From Macrostomum lignano (lineage: Eukaryota): a stretch of 64,000 bases of DNA. The notes below the pieces were generated by a model, which was not told the origin of the DNA, did no database searches, and worked only from the letters and a program-made list of their open reading frames with translations. Both the position numbers and the translations under genes were made by a program. Shown here piece by piece: positions 24,768 through 38,540 of the stretch. The DNA lies in contig NIVC01000019.1 in assembly GCA_002269645.1 (NCBI GenBank), forward strand, positions 930,001 to 994,000, read 5' to 3'. Position 1 is the first letter of the stretch. Every line of letters begins with the position of its first letter.

Positions 24768-27277
24768 TTGTCTTTACAGGCTGTTTATTAGCTATCAGCT
24801 CGACGGTCAAGTTGCATTAAAATATAATAATAAATTTCATGTATCAGTCAAAAAATTGAATATGAAACAAAAAAACAGCATCTCTATCCAAACTCTACAC
24901 TTCATACTGCTGAGTCTAGCAACCCACAGAAGTTGCAGAAGGCTGTAGGCTGTAGACTTCATGTTTATAGACTACTCAAATACTCAAAATACTCAAGAGT
25001 GATAGAAGTATTCAAATTCTTTTGATACTGTAAATAAAATAGGAAATGTAGAAAATTATAGAACTTAAATTAATGGTATCCAAATAGGGAAACAGGGTTC
25101 CAGTTTGTATTGGGGGTTTAAATTAATTTTGGCTTGTCAATATAAATAAAAAATTGCATAACAAAAATAAAAGTTTAAGGCAAGCAATATTTTGGCTATT
25201 ACTAATAGAACTGAATTTATCATATAAAATTCTGGCATGCATATACTTTTTTTATAAAAAATGTTTTTTTATTTTGTGTCAAAAGGCACACTGTTAGATA
25301 TATAAATATAATTACTTTTTAAATATTATAGTAATACAAGATCCTAGGCTTTATCCTAAACCTAAGCTTATATAGCTGCAAACTCTGAAATTACATTAGC
25401 CATGCAATATTGTTTTGACTATAACTCCAATTTAGTATTAAAGATTATATAGAAAAAAAGTAAAAACCCTCAAATTTTTGTCTAGTTTTGTCCTTGGTCT
25501 ACTAGAGTTTAACTTCATTGCCATTATACATACCCAACTACTAATTAACCTGGCAGATCTAGCCAACATTATAAATTATAGTAGACCAAAGCAAAGGCAA
25601 GTTGTAAATTTAAAAAAAATTACTAGGTAATTTCTTGAGAGTTTACTATTTGAGCAAATTTAAATGACAAATACAATATTTTTATAGGAAGGAGGGAGGG
25701 CTATCACTAATTATTGATTGCTGACTATTAAACCTTTATTGACCTTGTGCCTTGCTTACTTTACCAAGCACATATCCTACTAATATATATATATATATAT
25801 AGCAATGTCAATGTGCATACATGCCCAATACCTGTCTGACCTATCCAAACAGACAGGTAAAATGGCTGCCAGCCAAGGTAAGTCACAAAATTGAAAATGC
25901 AAAAAACAAAAAATTGGAGAAGAAAGAAAGAAAGAAACAGAAGAGAAAAAGAAAAGAAAGGAGGGAGAAGAAAGAGAGAGGAAAGAGAAAAGAGAAAGAG
26001 AAAGAGAAGAAAGGAGAAAAAGGTAAGAAAAGTCATATAAAGAGTGAAAATTAAGTTGCAATTGGAAGAACTAAGTTGCAATTAAGAGGCACTAAGTTGC
26101 AATTGGGAGAAACAAGTTACAAATCTGGACAAAACTAAATCACAATGGACAAGTGAAATTTTGAGGTAGGGCATGTATGGCAATGTGTAAATAATATATG
26201 CTTATTTTATATTCCAACTTTTTTTAGTAACTCAAATATTATTTTATTTTATATATGTACACTTTTTTACTTTGTTCAAAATAGGCCTAAGCTAGAACTA
26301 ATTTATATATTTTTTAATAAAGTAAGTCATATAGGCATATGGCCAATAGGCCTATAATTTCAGAGATTGCATATTGTACACTATATATACTAATATAATC
26401 ATAGAGAGAGAGATTATTAGGGGCCTATAATATAAAAGTGCATAATTATAATATATAATGGTAAAGCCTAATTGTTTCAATGATATATAAACATTTAAAC
26501 AGAAAGACTGAGACAGAGATTTATAAATTATTTAAATTAAAATGGAATATCTTGTTATATTGCTAATGACATATTGCTAAAAAGTTTTCACTAGGCCTAG
26601 GCCTATATAGTGACTTGTTTATGTTACCAGAATGGTTTTTATTGAAATTGACTATTATCTCTCTATAGCCAAGCCATAGGTTAGGGGCCTATATAAATTA
26701 AAAGGGCCTTAAAATATCAATAGGCTAAAAAGCAATATATTCAGAATATTCCTAGGCCCTATCTATAATATAATGTGCAACACATATCAATGCAGTATTT
26801 GACGCGGTTTTTACCACCTGGAACCAAAGTCGCATACATGAATTTGAAAGACATTCCAAGGCCAATGTAAGGCAATGTTGAAATTATTGATCTTATTAAA
26901 TTTCTGTTTAAATAGGCCTATTAGTATTAGCTATCATAGGCTAGGGCGTAGGCTAGGGCCTACAAAATAGACCCTAGCCTACCTGTTTGAAAAATTCCTA
27001 GACCGTAGAATAGATATTATAAAATATTAGGCCTAACTGAAAATTCACTATATTAGGCTAATAATAGGTTTTTATTAACTTAATATAGGCCTAAATAAAG
27101 TTAAAAACAACATCTGCAACGTCAACTGGTTATCAACTTATCACTACATTAGCGTAGGACGGTCAGGATAGCAATTATAAGTGGTAAAGGCAAGAATCGA
27201 CATTTCAATAAAGGAATGAGGATTTAAAAGCAAGTCGGCATTGATTGGGGTTGGGGTCAGTTAGCAGTACCGCAACT

Positions 27278-27538
27278 GGGCGATTTCCTAGTTTCCCGCT
27301 CTAAATTATTTTATCGCTTATTTCAGCTTATCATGGCAGGACGACCTCAGGCACCACGTTTTATTGTTGAACCACAACATCTGAGGCCCACTATTACCCT
27401 GCTGACTGACACTCATTTAATTTCACTGGACTTTCGTTTGACTTTTTGTGTGCTTTTTGTTTTTTTGAAACTCGTAATGCCTCCACAAGTTGAAATAAGC
27501 AATAAAATAATTTAGAGCGGGAAACTAGGAAATCGCCC
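27278..27538. mobile_element. MITE with about 50-bp TIRs and a 7-8-bp TSD
   Basis: GGGCGATTTCCTAGTTTCCCGCTCTAAATTATTTTAT... at 27278 and its reverse complement ending at 27538; flanks (C)CGCAACT on both sides. Confidence 0.85.
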
Positions 27539-29317
27539 CGCAACTGAGCAACATAACACAATGTAAGCCATAAAATAGGCCAAGACCACGCCCCAAGGCT
27601 TAAGGCTAAGTCATTTGGTAGGCCCATAGAAAAGGCTAGGGCCTTTAAAAAGAAAGCTTTTGACGGTGCTTTAAACAAAGATATAAACAAAATGAAAAAC
27701 AAATTGACTGCTAATATCTGTAAGTACATTCATTCAAATTCTTTTGCCGTAAATAATATTCATTTTCTTTATATGCATTTTAGATTAAGCGCTATTGTGT
27801 CACGGAATATAAGGGATTAACTATTTAAACGTATGGTTCTAGGATAGCTGACGTGCATGGTTGCGTTCGCGCTATTATATAAATATCACACAGCATTGCC
27901 AGTTGCTATCAAAGCAGCAGTAATTGCTATGCTAGGCACGACGCCGATATTTCGAGTTTCTTACTGACAGACCGGCTAGCATTTTCGGTACTGGTTGATT
28001 TTAGATATCATTGTGATCATAAAATGCATTGAGGATCTAGCATCCTTAGCCTTTATGTTCGGCTTCGAATGCAGGCCAATGCGATAACAAACAAACTAGA
28101 CGACAGAAATTTAACAAAACAAGGAAAAATTCGGCGGAAGCAAATTTGGCGACAAGTCTTCTATAGTTCTCTATAGCTAAAGTTAAAGCAAATTACAAGT
28201 ACATGTAAGGGTTTCTTAAAATGCTCATGAAAGTTCCATGCTCCATGAAATACTGGATAAAATAGACTCAATTAAAAGGTAAAGTTAATATATAATAGTA
28301 TTGACTATTGCCATTGCACTGAAAGATATTAGGTATTACTAGGGTTATAAAATAATTGTTCTTTTTTATTTTGTCTCTAAATTTGCTTTTGCCAAGTTTG
28401 TTGCCAAATTGAAATTGGTTAGCACCTATTCCACAAATAAATAATTATTATTTATTAATAAATATTTAACTTTTTATATATTTTTGCGCTTTAACTTTTT
28501 AGCTCTCATTTTTCTGCAGTTTAATTTTTATATACAAGCCTAATTAGCATTATGACTCTAGTCTATGTTAATGTACTATTATTATGTTTGAGTTATCAAT
28601 GCTAAAACTGAAAAAAAATTACTTGAGCTAAATACTAAATAGTCTAAAAATGTCTCATTTCCACAGTCTCAAATGTTGATTATAGAAATAATATTTAAAT
28701 TTACTTCTACAATATAATCTTCAAATAAGATTATAAGATTTAAATATAATCCGAGTTAAATTCGCAGCTATATAGAACTTTAATCACAATCAAAACTCTA
28801 AATGTTTTATTTCTTTGCTTAAGTCTTTACAATAAATTTGAGCTTACTGATTATAGCCTAAAAGATTTTTAGCTTGATATTATTTTTTATCAAATATATA
28901 CTATACTATACAGCATTTATATTTGTAATTTGAATATATCTTAAAAAAGCACAAAAAATATATATATAACATTTTGATAACTCTAGAATTATTCATTTTA
29001 CTAAAAATGAGTTGTTTTAACAAAAAAAATAATCTTAAATATGGCATGTCTTTGTTTTAAAAGCCCTAATATAGCACAAGCTTTGTTATAAATGACCTAT
29101 TGAAACTTAAAATCATTTAATATATATACCAAATACCAATGCAATCACCTTGTTTTTTGAAAGTTGTTTTATATGAACAGCAAACTATATTTTTATACTA
29201 TCATTTTTATATTATTATATTCTTTTGTAGGATTTTCAGATTTAGAAGATAGCCAATATTGTAATGTATCTTATTATAGATTTATGAGTATAAGACCTTC
29301 GATGGTAAATTGTTAAT

Positions 29318-29465
29318 TTAGTAGTGCAACCAAAATGTTGTAGGAGTTGCAGATTCTGGAGGGCAAAGACCCAAGGGGGAGAGGTATTTGTATTTGCTTT
29401 GTATTTTGGCAAAGTTTGCTTGGTCCCTTTTTTGAATTTTTTAGTCTCTATCTAAGCAGCCATTG
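29318..29465. mobile_element. Decayed copy of the 10290 MITE family
   Basis: Shares TAGT-GCAACCA, GATTCTGGAGGG(C/T)AAAG and TTTGCTTGGTCCC blocks in the same order. Confidence 0.55.
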
Positions 29466-30048
29466 GGTTAATTTAATGTTTTCTTAGACAAAACTGCATA
29501 TTAGCTCCATTGTTTTGATTCTTTTTTTCTTTATACCCTTTTGTATTCTAGCAAAAATATTATTCTTTGCTTTTATATAAAACAACCCTTAAACCAAAGT
29601 TTTAATGAAAGGTTTTTCAATACAAAATTATGTATAATAGGTTCATTGTCTAAAAGACAAATAAAAAATATAGACCAGATTGAACAATACTATAGATCAA
29701 AAAATGCATTTGGTAGTCTATAGCCAGCTTTTATATAGGTCTTTTATATTGAAGCTACTAGCATTCAATTAAAACCATCTAGGGTCTTCCACAAAAAGGT
29801 GCCAAAATATGTATAGCTTTGTATGATAGCAACTTTTATAATAAATAACTGCTTTCTTTTATCCAAGGGCCCTAGAAGATAAAGTCTAAAGGGATAGAAA
29901 TTAAAATCAGTTATCAACTTTAAACCTTAGCCATATTGTTACTTCTTTGGTATTTACTTTAATTTTATTATAAGAGCAAAAAGTATCAATTATTTGCATA
30001 AATTGAACCTAATATTGCTCTGATTAAATTATTCTCTTGCAGGTCAGA

Positions 30049-33000
30049 ATGGAACAGTTGTCTGATATGGCCAATGGCCAAACATATACTAGCAATGGTT
30101 ACCAAGATAACAACAATGAGTCTGATCGGGTGCCTGAATTAAGGCGCATTAGTTCCGCATCGAATTTCTATGACTGGGAAGCAGTTAAAAATCGTTATAA
30201 AAAGTTTCACTCAGACCCCAATGTGAACTACTTTTGGTAAGTACTGGTAGCAATTCTTCATGAAGTTGTCTATTTAATTTTCACTACGAATCCACCTTTT
30301 TTATGGAATATTTCAGGCGTGCTCATACAATCACCTGTCTAGTCCTATTTTGTGCTACTCTCCTGTACCTGTCTGTTTTTGAGACATCGAGCTTTGATAC
30401 CGAATATAATACAAAGAGGTGAGTATTGTAAAAATACCCCCCTAGCAATGTATTTGCTGGTCAAAGACCCTCTCAGATCCTCCAGTTGTTAGGCCACCGC
30501 TATCCTCCCAGATCCTCAGTTTCTGGGCCACCACCAGCCTCCCAGATCATCAGTTGCTGGGACAGCCTCCCATATCCTCAGTTGCTGGGACAGCCTCCCA
30601 GATCCTCAGCTGATGGGCCAGCCTCTCAGATCCTCAGTTGCTGAGCCAGCCTCCCAGATCCTCAGTTGCTGAGCCAGCCTCCCAGATCCTCAGTTGCTGA
30701 GCCAGCCTCCCAGATCCTCAGTTGCTGGGCCACCACCAGCCTCCCAGATCCTCAGTTGCTGGGCCACCACCAGCCTCCCAGATCCTCAGTTGCTGGGACA
30801 GCCTCCCAGATCCCCAGTTGCTGAGCCAGCCTCCCAGAGTTTCATTTTGCTGGGCCACCACCAGCCTCCCAGATCCTCAGCTGCTGGGCCAGCCTCTCAG
30901 ATCCTCAGTTGCTGTGCCAGCCTCCCAGATCCTCAGTTGCTGGGCCAGCCTCCCAGATCCTCAGTTGCTGGGCCTACGTAGCGTTTCAACATGTTGCCCC
31001 TCATAACTTTGCAGAGGTCTGCTAGCAGTAATCCTTTTCTTCCTGCTCTATGGAGTGATCTACACGCCGGATGGGCCGTTCCTGCGACCACATCCGGCAT
31101 TCTGGCGATTCATTCTCTGCCTAAGCGTTGTCTACGAGTTGGGCCTGATTTTTCTGCTGTTCCAGGTTGGCAGTTGAATTGGCATTATTTTGTACTGGAA
31201 CGTGTTTGTACTGCTGTAAAAAACGTCTTCTAATGTAGGAAGTGCCTGTCTAATTTTATTGCCAAGGTCATATTGAGCACGTGTCCTCTCTGTACAGAAA
31301 TTTGCTTTGCCTTATCTACTATTTCTATAGGTTTTTCGGATTGGTTCAAACAAGTTTGAATCAGAAGTTGGCAAGGCTTTTTGGTTTGACTACTTTGCAT
31401 TTTTTGTAAAACTATCGACTTGAGGGGGCCGGGCGCTCAGTTTCTCTCGTTTGAAGAATTAATTATCAGTTTACCCAAACTAGTTTTGGGTTATTGTTGA
31501 CTCGACTGTATAAACTAGTTTGCCTGACCGGTTTTTTGAGTTCTATAATTTTCAAAATAATGAAAATTTAACTTTTCACTTAAGCGGGATCTTTGTGCTG
31601 TTCTTTTCTAGGAAGGCTTGCTAAAGGTTAGAATCACATTAGAGATTCATATTCTCACATTATAGATCGATAATCTCACATTAGAGATCCATATTCTCAC
31701 ATTAGAGATCCATAATCTCACATTAGAGATCCATATTCTCACATTAGAGATCCATATTCTCACATTAGAGATCCATAATCTCACATTAGAGATCCATTAT
31801 CTCACATTAGAGATCCATAATCTTACATTAGAGATCCATAATCTCACATTAGAGATCCATAATCTCACATTAGAGATCCATAATCTCACATTAGAGATCC
31901 ATTATCTCACATTAGAGATCCATTATCTCACATTAGAGATCCATTATCTCACATTAGAGATCCATATTCTCACATTAGAGATCCATTATCTCACATTAGA
32001 GATCCATATTCTCACATTAGAGATCCATATTCTCACATTAGAGATCCATAATCTCACATTAGAGATCCATAATCTCACATTAGAGATCCATATTCTCACA
32101 TTAGAGATCCATAATCTCACATTAGAGATCCATAATCTCACATTAGAGATCCATAATCTCACATTAGAGATCCATATTCTCACATTAGAGATCCATAATC
32201 TCACATTAGACATCCATATTCTCACATTAGAGATCCATATTCTCACATTAGAGATCCATAATCTCACATTAGAGATCCATAATCTCACATTAGAGATCCA
32301 TAATCTCACATTAGAGATCCATAATCTCATATTACAGATTTATAATCTCATATTAGATATCCATAATCTCACATTAGAGATCCACAGTCTCACGTTAGAA
32401 ATCCATAATCTCACATTAGAGATCCACAGTCTCACATTAGAGATTCATAATCTCATATTAGATATCCAAAATCCATAATCCAGAATCGCGTATTATAAGT
32501 CCGAAATCCAAAGACACAGACCTCGCATTCCTACTCAAACAGAACGCCTCAGACGCCAGGCACATGCTGAGCTACCTGGACCCTGAGCTCGGCAAGCCGC
32601 TGCCAGAGAAAGATTACGGCGGCAGCTGTTTAATCTACGATCCGGCCAACACAACTGATCCGTTTCACAACGTGTGGGACAAGATGGACGGCTTCGTTAC
32701 TATGCACTTTATTGGCTGGTGGTTGAAGGCTCTCATATTGCGGAACTATTGGATGTGCAACGCCATCAGTTTACTGTTTGAGGTTCTCGAGTACTCGCTT
32801 GAGCATCAGCTGCCCAATTTCTCAGAGTGCTGGTGGGATCATGTGAGTTTCTTTTGCTTTGCTATGCATTGTGTGCTCACCCTGTGTCTTTATTTCACTT
32901 CTCTCTCTATACTTACTGTCCCTGTCATTGTGTGTCTCATATAATTGTGTCCCTGTCATTGTGTGTCTCATATAATTGTGTCCCTGTCATTGTGTGTCTC

Positions 33001-36000
33001 TTTTAACTGTGTCCCTGTCATTGTGTGTCTCATATAATTGTGTCCCTGTCATTGTGTGTCTCATATAATTGTGTCCCTGTCATTGTGTGTCTCATATAAT
33101 TGTGTCCCTGTCATTGTGTGTCTCATATAACTGTGTCCCTGTCATTGTGTGTCTCATATAATTGTGTCCCTGCCATTGTGTGTCTCATATAACTGTGTCC
33201 CTGCCATTGTGTGTCTCATATAACTGTGTCCCTGCCATTGTGTGTCTCATATAACTGTGTCCCTGTCATTGTGTGTCTCATATAACTGTGTCCCTGTCAT
33301 TGTGTGTCTCATATAACTGTGTCCCTGTCATTGTGTGTCTCATATAACTGTGTCCCTGTCATTGTGTGTCTCATATAACTGTGTCCCTGTCATTGTGTGT
33401 CTCATATAACTGTGTCCCTGTCATTGTGTGTCTCATATAATTGTGTCCCTGTCATTGTGTGTCTCATATAACTGTGTCCCTGCCATTGTGTGTCTCATAT
33501 AACTGTGTCCCTGCCATTGTGTGTCTCATATAACTGTGTCCCTGCCATTGTGTGTCTCATATAACTGTGTCCCTGTCATTGTGTGTCTCATATAACTGTG
33601 TCCCTGTCATTGTGTGTCTCATATAACTGTGTCCCTGCCATTGTGTGTCTCATATAACTGTGTCCCTGCCATTGTGTGTCTCATATAACTGTGTCCCTGC
33701 CATTGTGTGTCTCATAGTAATTCTGTCTTTCCTGTGTGTCTCGTATATAATAATTCTCTGTCATTTTGTAATGCACTGGAATGTATATTCTAGCACAGCC
33801 ACAAGTCACGCAGGCATTTAGTGCACTCTGCCTTAGGCGCCTAAATTCTCTGTCTATCTGAACTTACCTACACACGACATATTTCCAGTGGATAATGGAC
33901 TTTCTGCTTTGCAACGGGCTGGGCATCATCATTGGCATGAAGACGTGCAACTATTTGTCATTGAAGCCCTACTACTGGACCCCGATGTGGAATATTCCCA
34001 GTTACAGGTAGGCCCGCCGCCTAAGCTGTGTAAAAATTCCGTCAGTGTAATTGCTGCTTTTTTGTAAATCTATTTTTAGAATGGAAAAACCCGCCCACCG
34101 CTCGCCGCTGAGCGGAGTGGAAATTCTCTAGTTTTGGCTTTGGCTGGTCAAACTTTGCGGGTTTTATTTAGTTGCAAAGAAATGTTCCACCTTGCTGCTT
34201 ACCCGAGCCAATTTGTTAGCTGAATTTATTCTGGACCTGTGCTGGGTGCATTTGGTTAATGATTGTGCTTGTCCTGCAGGCAGGCTAGGTTGCTTTAAGT
34301 ATTGCTAGAATCGCCTATCTTTGCTCTTAAATCCCCTGGAATGGGCGATCTTCACCTTGACCCCCTAAAATAGGTGACCTACACCCTAACCCCCTAGAAT
34401 AGGTGACCTACACCCTAACCCCCTAGAATAGGTGACCTACACCCTGACCCCAAGAATAGGTGACCTACACCCTGACCCCCCTAGAATAGGTGACCTACAC
34501 CCTGACCCCAAGAATAGGTGACCTACACCCTGACCCCCCTAGAATAGGTGACCTACACCCTGACCCCCCTAGAATAGGTGACCTACACCCTGACCCCCCT
34601 AGAATAGGTGACCTACACCCTGACCCCCCTAAAATAGGTGACCTACACCCTGACCCCCTAGAATAGGTGACCTTCACTCTGACCCCCCTAGAATAGGTGA
34701 CCTACACCCTGACCAACCCTAGAATAGGTGACCTACACCCTGACCCCCCAAGAATAGGTGACCTACACCCTGACCCCCTAGAATAGGTGACCTTCACTCT
34801 GACCCCCCTAGAATAGGTGACCTACACCCTGACCAACCCTAGAATAGGTGACCTACACCCTGACCCCCCAAGAATAGGTGACCTACACCCTGACCCCCTA
34901 GAATAGGTGACCTTCACTCTGACCCCCCGAAATTGGTTATCTTCAACCTGACCCCCTTAGAATAGGTGACCTTCACTCTGACCCCCCTAGAATAGGTGAC
35001 CTTCACTCTGACCCCCCAAGAATAGGTGACCTACACCCTGACCCCCTAGAATAGGTGACCTTCACTCTGACCCCCCGAAATTGGTTATCTTCAACCTGAC
35101 CCCCTTAGAATAGGTGACCTACACCCTGACCCCCTAGAATAGGTGACCTTCACTCTGACCCCCCTAGAATAGGTGACCTACACCCTGACCAACCCTAGAA
35201 TAGGTGACCTACACCCTGACCCCCCAAAAATAGGTGACCTACACCCTGACCCCCTAGAATAGGTGACCTTCACTCTGACCCCCCCGAAATTGGTTATCTT
35301 CAACCTGACCCCCTTAGAATAGGTGACCTTCACTCTGACCCCCCTAGAATAGGTGACCTTCACTCTGACCCCCCTAGAATAGGTGACCTACACCCTGACC
35401 CCCTAGAATAGGTGACCTTCACTCTGACCCCCCGAAATTGGTTATCTTCAACCTGACCCCCTTAGAATAGGCGATCTTCACCCATACCCACCTGAGCATG
35501 AGCAGAATCGCCCACCCATACCCACCTGAGCATGAGCAGAATCGCCCACCCATTCCCACCTGAGCATGAGCAGAATCGCCCACCCATTCCCACCTGAGCA
35601 TGAGCAGAATCGCCCACCCATTCCCACCTGAGCATGAGCAGAATCGCCCACCCATTCCCACCGCAGCGGCAAGCTCAAGCGCATGGTGCTGCAGTTCACT
35701 CCGTACCGCTGGACCGAATTCGATTGGTCGCCAACAAAGTCGTTGAAACGCTGGCTGCTGGTTCTGCTGCTCATAGCCATGTTCCTGCTTGCTGAGCTGA
35801 ACACGTTCTATCTGAAATGGGTGCTCTGGCTCCCACCGCCGCATCCCCTGTGCATGGCCAGGCTAGTGTTCATTCTTTGCATGGGCGCCACGGCTATCAG
35901 GGAGATTTTCCAGTATACGGACGACTCGTGAGTTGAACTCACTCAGCTGTTCTCGTATTAGTCTTTGATTTTTGTTGGATCTAAATTTTCAAGTCAATCA

Positions 36001-37200
36001 TCTTGAAAACTGTAATGTGCAAACCAGCATGAGAATAGCCTCAAACTGTCCATGAGAATCATCTCAATCCCTCATGAGAATCATATTTTCTATGAGAATC
36101 ACCTTAAACTCTCATGAGAATCGCCTTAACCTCCCATGAGAATTGCCTCAAACTATCGATGAAAATCATCTCAAGCCACCATGAGAATCAATCTCTCAAT
36201 CACCTCAATCCACTGATAACCATCTCCAGCCACCATGAGAATCATCTCAATCCACTGAGAATCATCTCAAGCCACCATGAGAATCATGTTTAGCCACCAT
36301 GAGAATCATCTCTGACCACCATGAGAATCATCTCAATCCACTGAGAACCATCTATATTCACCATGAGAATCATCTCTAACCACCATGAGAATCATCTCTA
36401 GCCACCATGAGAATCATGTGTAGCCACCATGAAAATCATCTCAATCCACCATGAGAATCATCTCAAGCCACCATGAGAATCATCTCAATCCACTGAGAAT
36501 CATCTCAAGCCACCATAAAAATCATCTCTAGCCACCATGAGAATCATGTGTAGCCACCATGAAATCATCTCAAGCCACCATGAGAATCATCTCAATCCAC
36601 CGAGAATCATCTCAAGCCACCATAAAAATCATCTCTAGCCACCATGAGAATCATCTCAAGCCATTATGAAAATCATGTCTAGCCATCATGAGAATCATCT
36701 CAAGCCACCATGAGAATCATCTCAAACCACTGAGAATCATCTCAAGCCACCATGAGAATCATCTCAATCCACTGAGAATCATCTCAAGCCACCATAAGAA
36801 TCATGTCTAGCCACCCTGAGAATCATCTCAATCCCTCATGAGAATCATCTCAATCCCTCATGAGAATCATCTCAATCCCTCATGAGAATCATCTCAATCT
36901 TGCAATGCCAGATCCTGCAAAAAGTTCGGCCGGCAGGCCTGGCTGCTGACTGCCATCATTGTGACGGAGGCGTTGATCTGTGTGAAGTTTGACTGGCCCA
37001 CCGTGTCCAAGCCGCCGCCAACGCGGATCATAGTGATCTGGTCAGTGATAATCTCACTGACTATCGGCTGGACTCTGTGGCACTTCTGTCTCAAACAGCT
37101 CATCTTTGCCGGACAAGCGGAACTAAAAGATCAACAGGCTGCTGACGCTGTTGCTGCTGCTCCTAAGAGTCGCACAAATCGACGACGCAAGGACGACTAA
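30049..37200 (+). CDS. PTDSS2: Phosphatidylserine synthase 2-like, 469 aa, 7 exons
   Basis: Exons 30049-30236, 30317-30418, 31015-31165, 32543-32842, 33889-34007, 35667-35927, 36912-37200 (1410 nt, in frame). Motifs [62 protein letters not shown] and [10 protein letters not shown]. Confidence 0.95.
30500..30975. repeat. About 27-34-bp minisatellite in PTDSS2 intron 2
   Basis: GCCTCCCAGATCCTCAGTTGCTG recurs. Confidence 0.93.
31635..32470. repeat. 21-bp minisatellite in PTDSS2 intron 3
   Basis: (CTCACATTAGAGATCCATAAT)n. Confidence 0.95.
32910..33715. repeat. 31-bp minisatellite in PTDSS2 intron 4
   Basis: (GTGTCCCTGTCATTGTGTGTCTCATATAACT)n. Confidence 0.95.
34365..35470. repeat. 29-30-bp minisatellite in PTDSS2 intron 5
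   Basis: (GTGACCTACACCCTGACCCCCCTAGAATAG)n. Confidence 0.95.
35480..35660. repeat. 34-bp tandem repeat abutting the PTDSS2 exon 6 acceptor
   Basis: (CCCACCCATTCCCACCTGAGCATGAGCAGAATCG) about 5 times. Confidence 0.93.
36030..36900. repeat. About 22-bp degenerate minisatellite in PTDSS2 intron 6
   Basis: CATGAGAATCATCTCAAGCCAC and variants. Confidence 0.93.
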
Positions 37201-37354
37201 CTGAGCTCTGGGAAATTTCCGGAATAGGGGAGGTCTTGTGACCTTGGTTCTGCACTGTTAGAGTTTGGTGCTTGTGCTGCCTTACATGTATATCAAGATT
37301 TCAGTGTAATTTTGGTCCTCAATTTTTACTTTGCACTGGACCTAATTTGTCTGT

Positions 37355-38540
37355 AAAGGGTCAAGTGAGGTCATTCGTGTTTTGAAGGTTCAGATGAGAT
37401 CATTTGTTTTTTGAAGAGTCAAGTGAGGTCATTTGTTTTTGAAGTGTCAAATGAGCTTATTCCTGCTTTGAAGGGTCAAGTAAGGTCATTTGTGTTGTAG
37501 AAAGGTCAAGTGAGTTCATTCGTGTTGTTCTAAGGTCAAGTGATGTTATTAGTGATTTGAAGAGTGAAGTGAGGTTATTCGCGTTCGTGTTGTTGAAAGG
37601 TCAAGTGAGGTCATTCGTGTTGTTGAAAGGTCAAGTGAGGACATTGGTGTTGTTGAAAGGTCAAGTGAGTTCATTCGTGTTGTTCTAAGGTCAAGTGATG
37701 TTATTAGTGATTTGAAGGGTCAAGTGAGGTTATTCGTGTTGTTCAAGGGTCAAGTGATATTATTAGTATTTTGAAGAGTGAAGTGAGGTTATTCGCGTTC
37801 GTGTTGTTGAAAGGTCAAGTGAGGTCATTCGTGTTGTTGAAAGGTCAAGTGAGGTCATTCGTGTTCTAAGGTCAAGTGATGTTATTAGTGATTTGAAGGG
37901 TCAAGTGAGGTTATTCGTGTTGTTGAAAGGTCAAGTAAGGTTATTCGCGTTGTTAAAAGGTCAAGTGAAGTCATTCGTGTTTTGATGGGTCAAGTGAGAT
38001 TATAAGTGTTTTGATGGGTCAAGTGAGGTTATTCGTGTTGTTGAAAAGTCAAGTGAGGTCACTCGTGTTGTAGAAAGGTCAATACTGGTCATTCGTGTTG
38101 TTGAAGCGTCAATTGAGGACATTCGTGTTGTTAAAAGGTCAAGTGAGGTCATTCGTATTGTTGAAAGGTCAAGTGAGGACATTCGTATTGTTTAAAGGTC
38201 AAATAAGGTCATTCGTGTTGTTATCCGTCAAGTGAGGTCATTCGTGTTGTTTAAAGGTCAATTGAGGACATTCGTGTTGTTAAAAGGTCAAGTGAGGTCA
38301 TTCGTATTGTTGAAAGGTCAAGTGAGGACATTCGTATTGTTGAAAGGTCAAATAAGGTCATTCGTGTTGTTATCCGTCAAGTGAGGTCATTCGTGTTGTT
38401 TAAAGGTCAATTGAGGACATTCGTGTTGTTAAAAGGTCAAGTGAGGTCATTCGTATTGTTGAAAGGTCAAGTGAGGACATTCGTATTGTTGAAAGGTCAA
38501 ATAAGGTCATTCGTGTTGTTATCCGTCAAGTGAGGTCAAG
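37355..38540. repeat. About 30-bp minisatellite downstream of PTDSS2
   Basis: (GGTCAAGTGAGGTCATTCGTGTTGTTGAAA)n. Confidence 0.93.

Noticed and set aside
37355-38540. AAG|GTC junctions as further mini-introns (also GAG|GTA at 63495-64000)
   Set aside because: They lie outside annotated introns and match poorly; AGGT in a 30-bp unit is common by chance.
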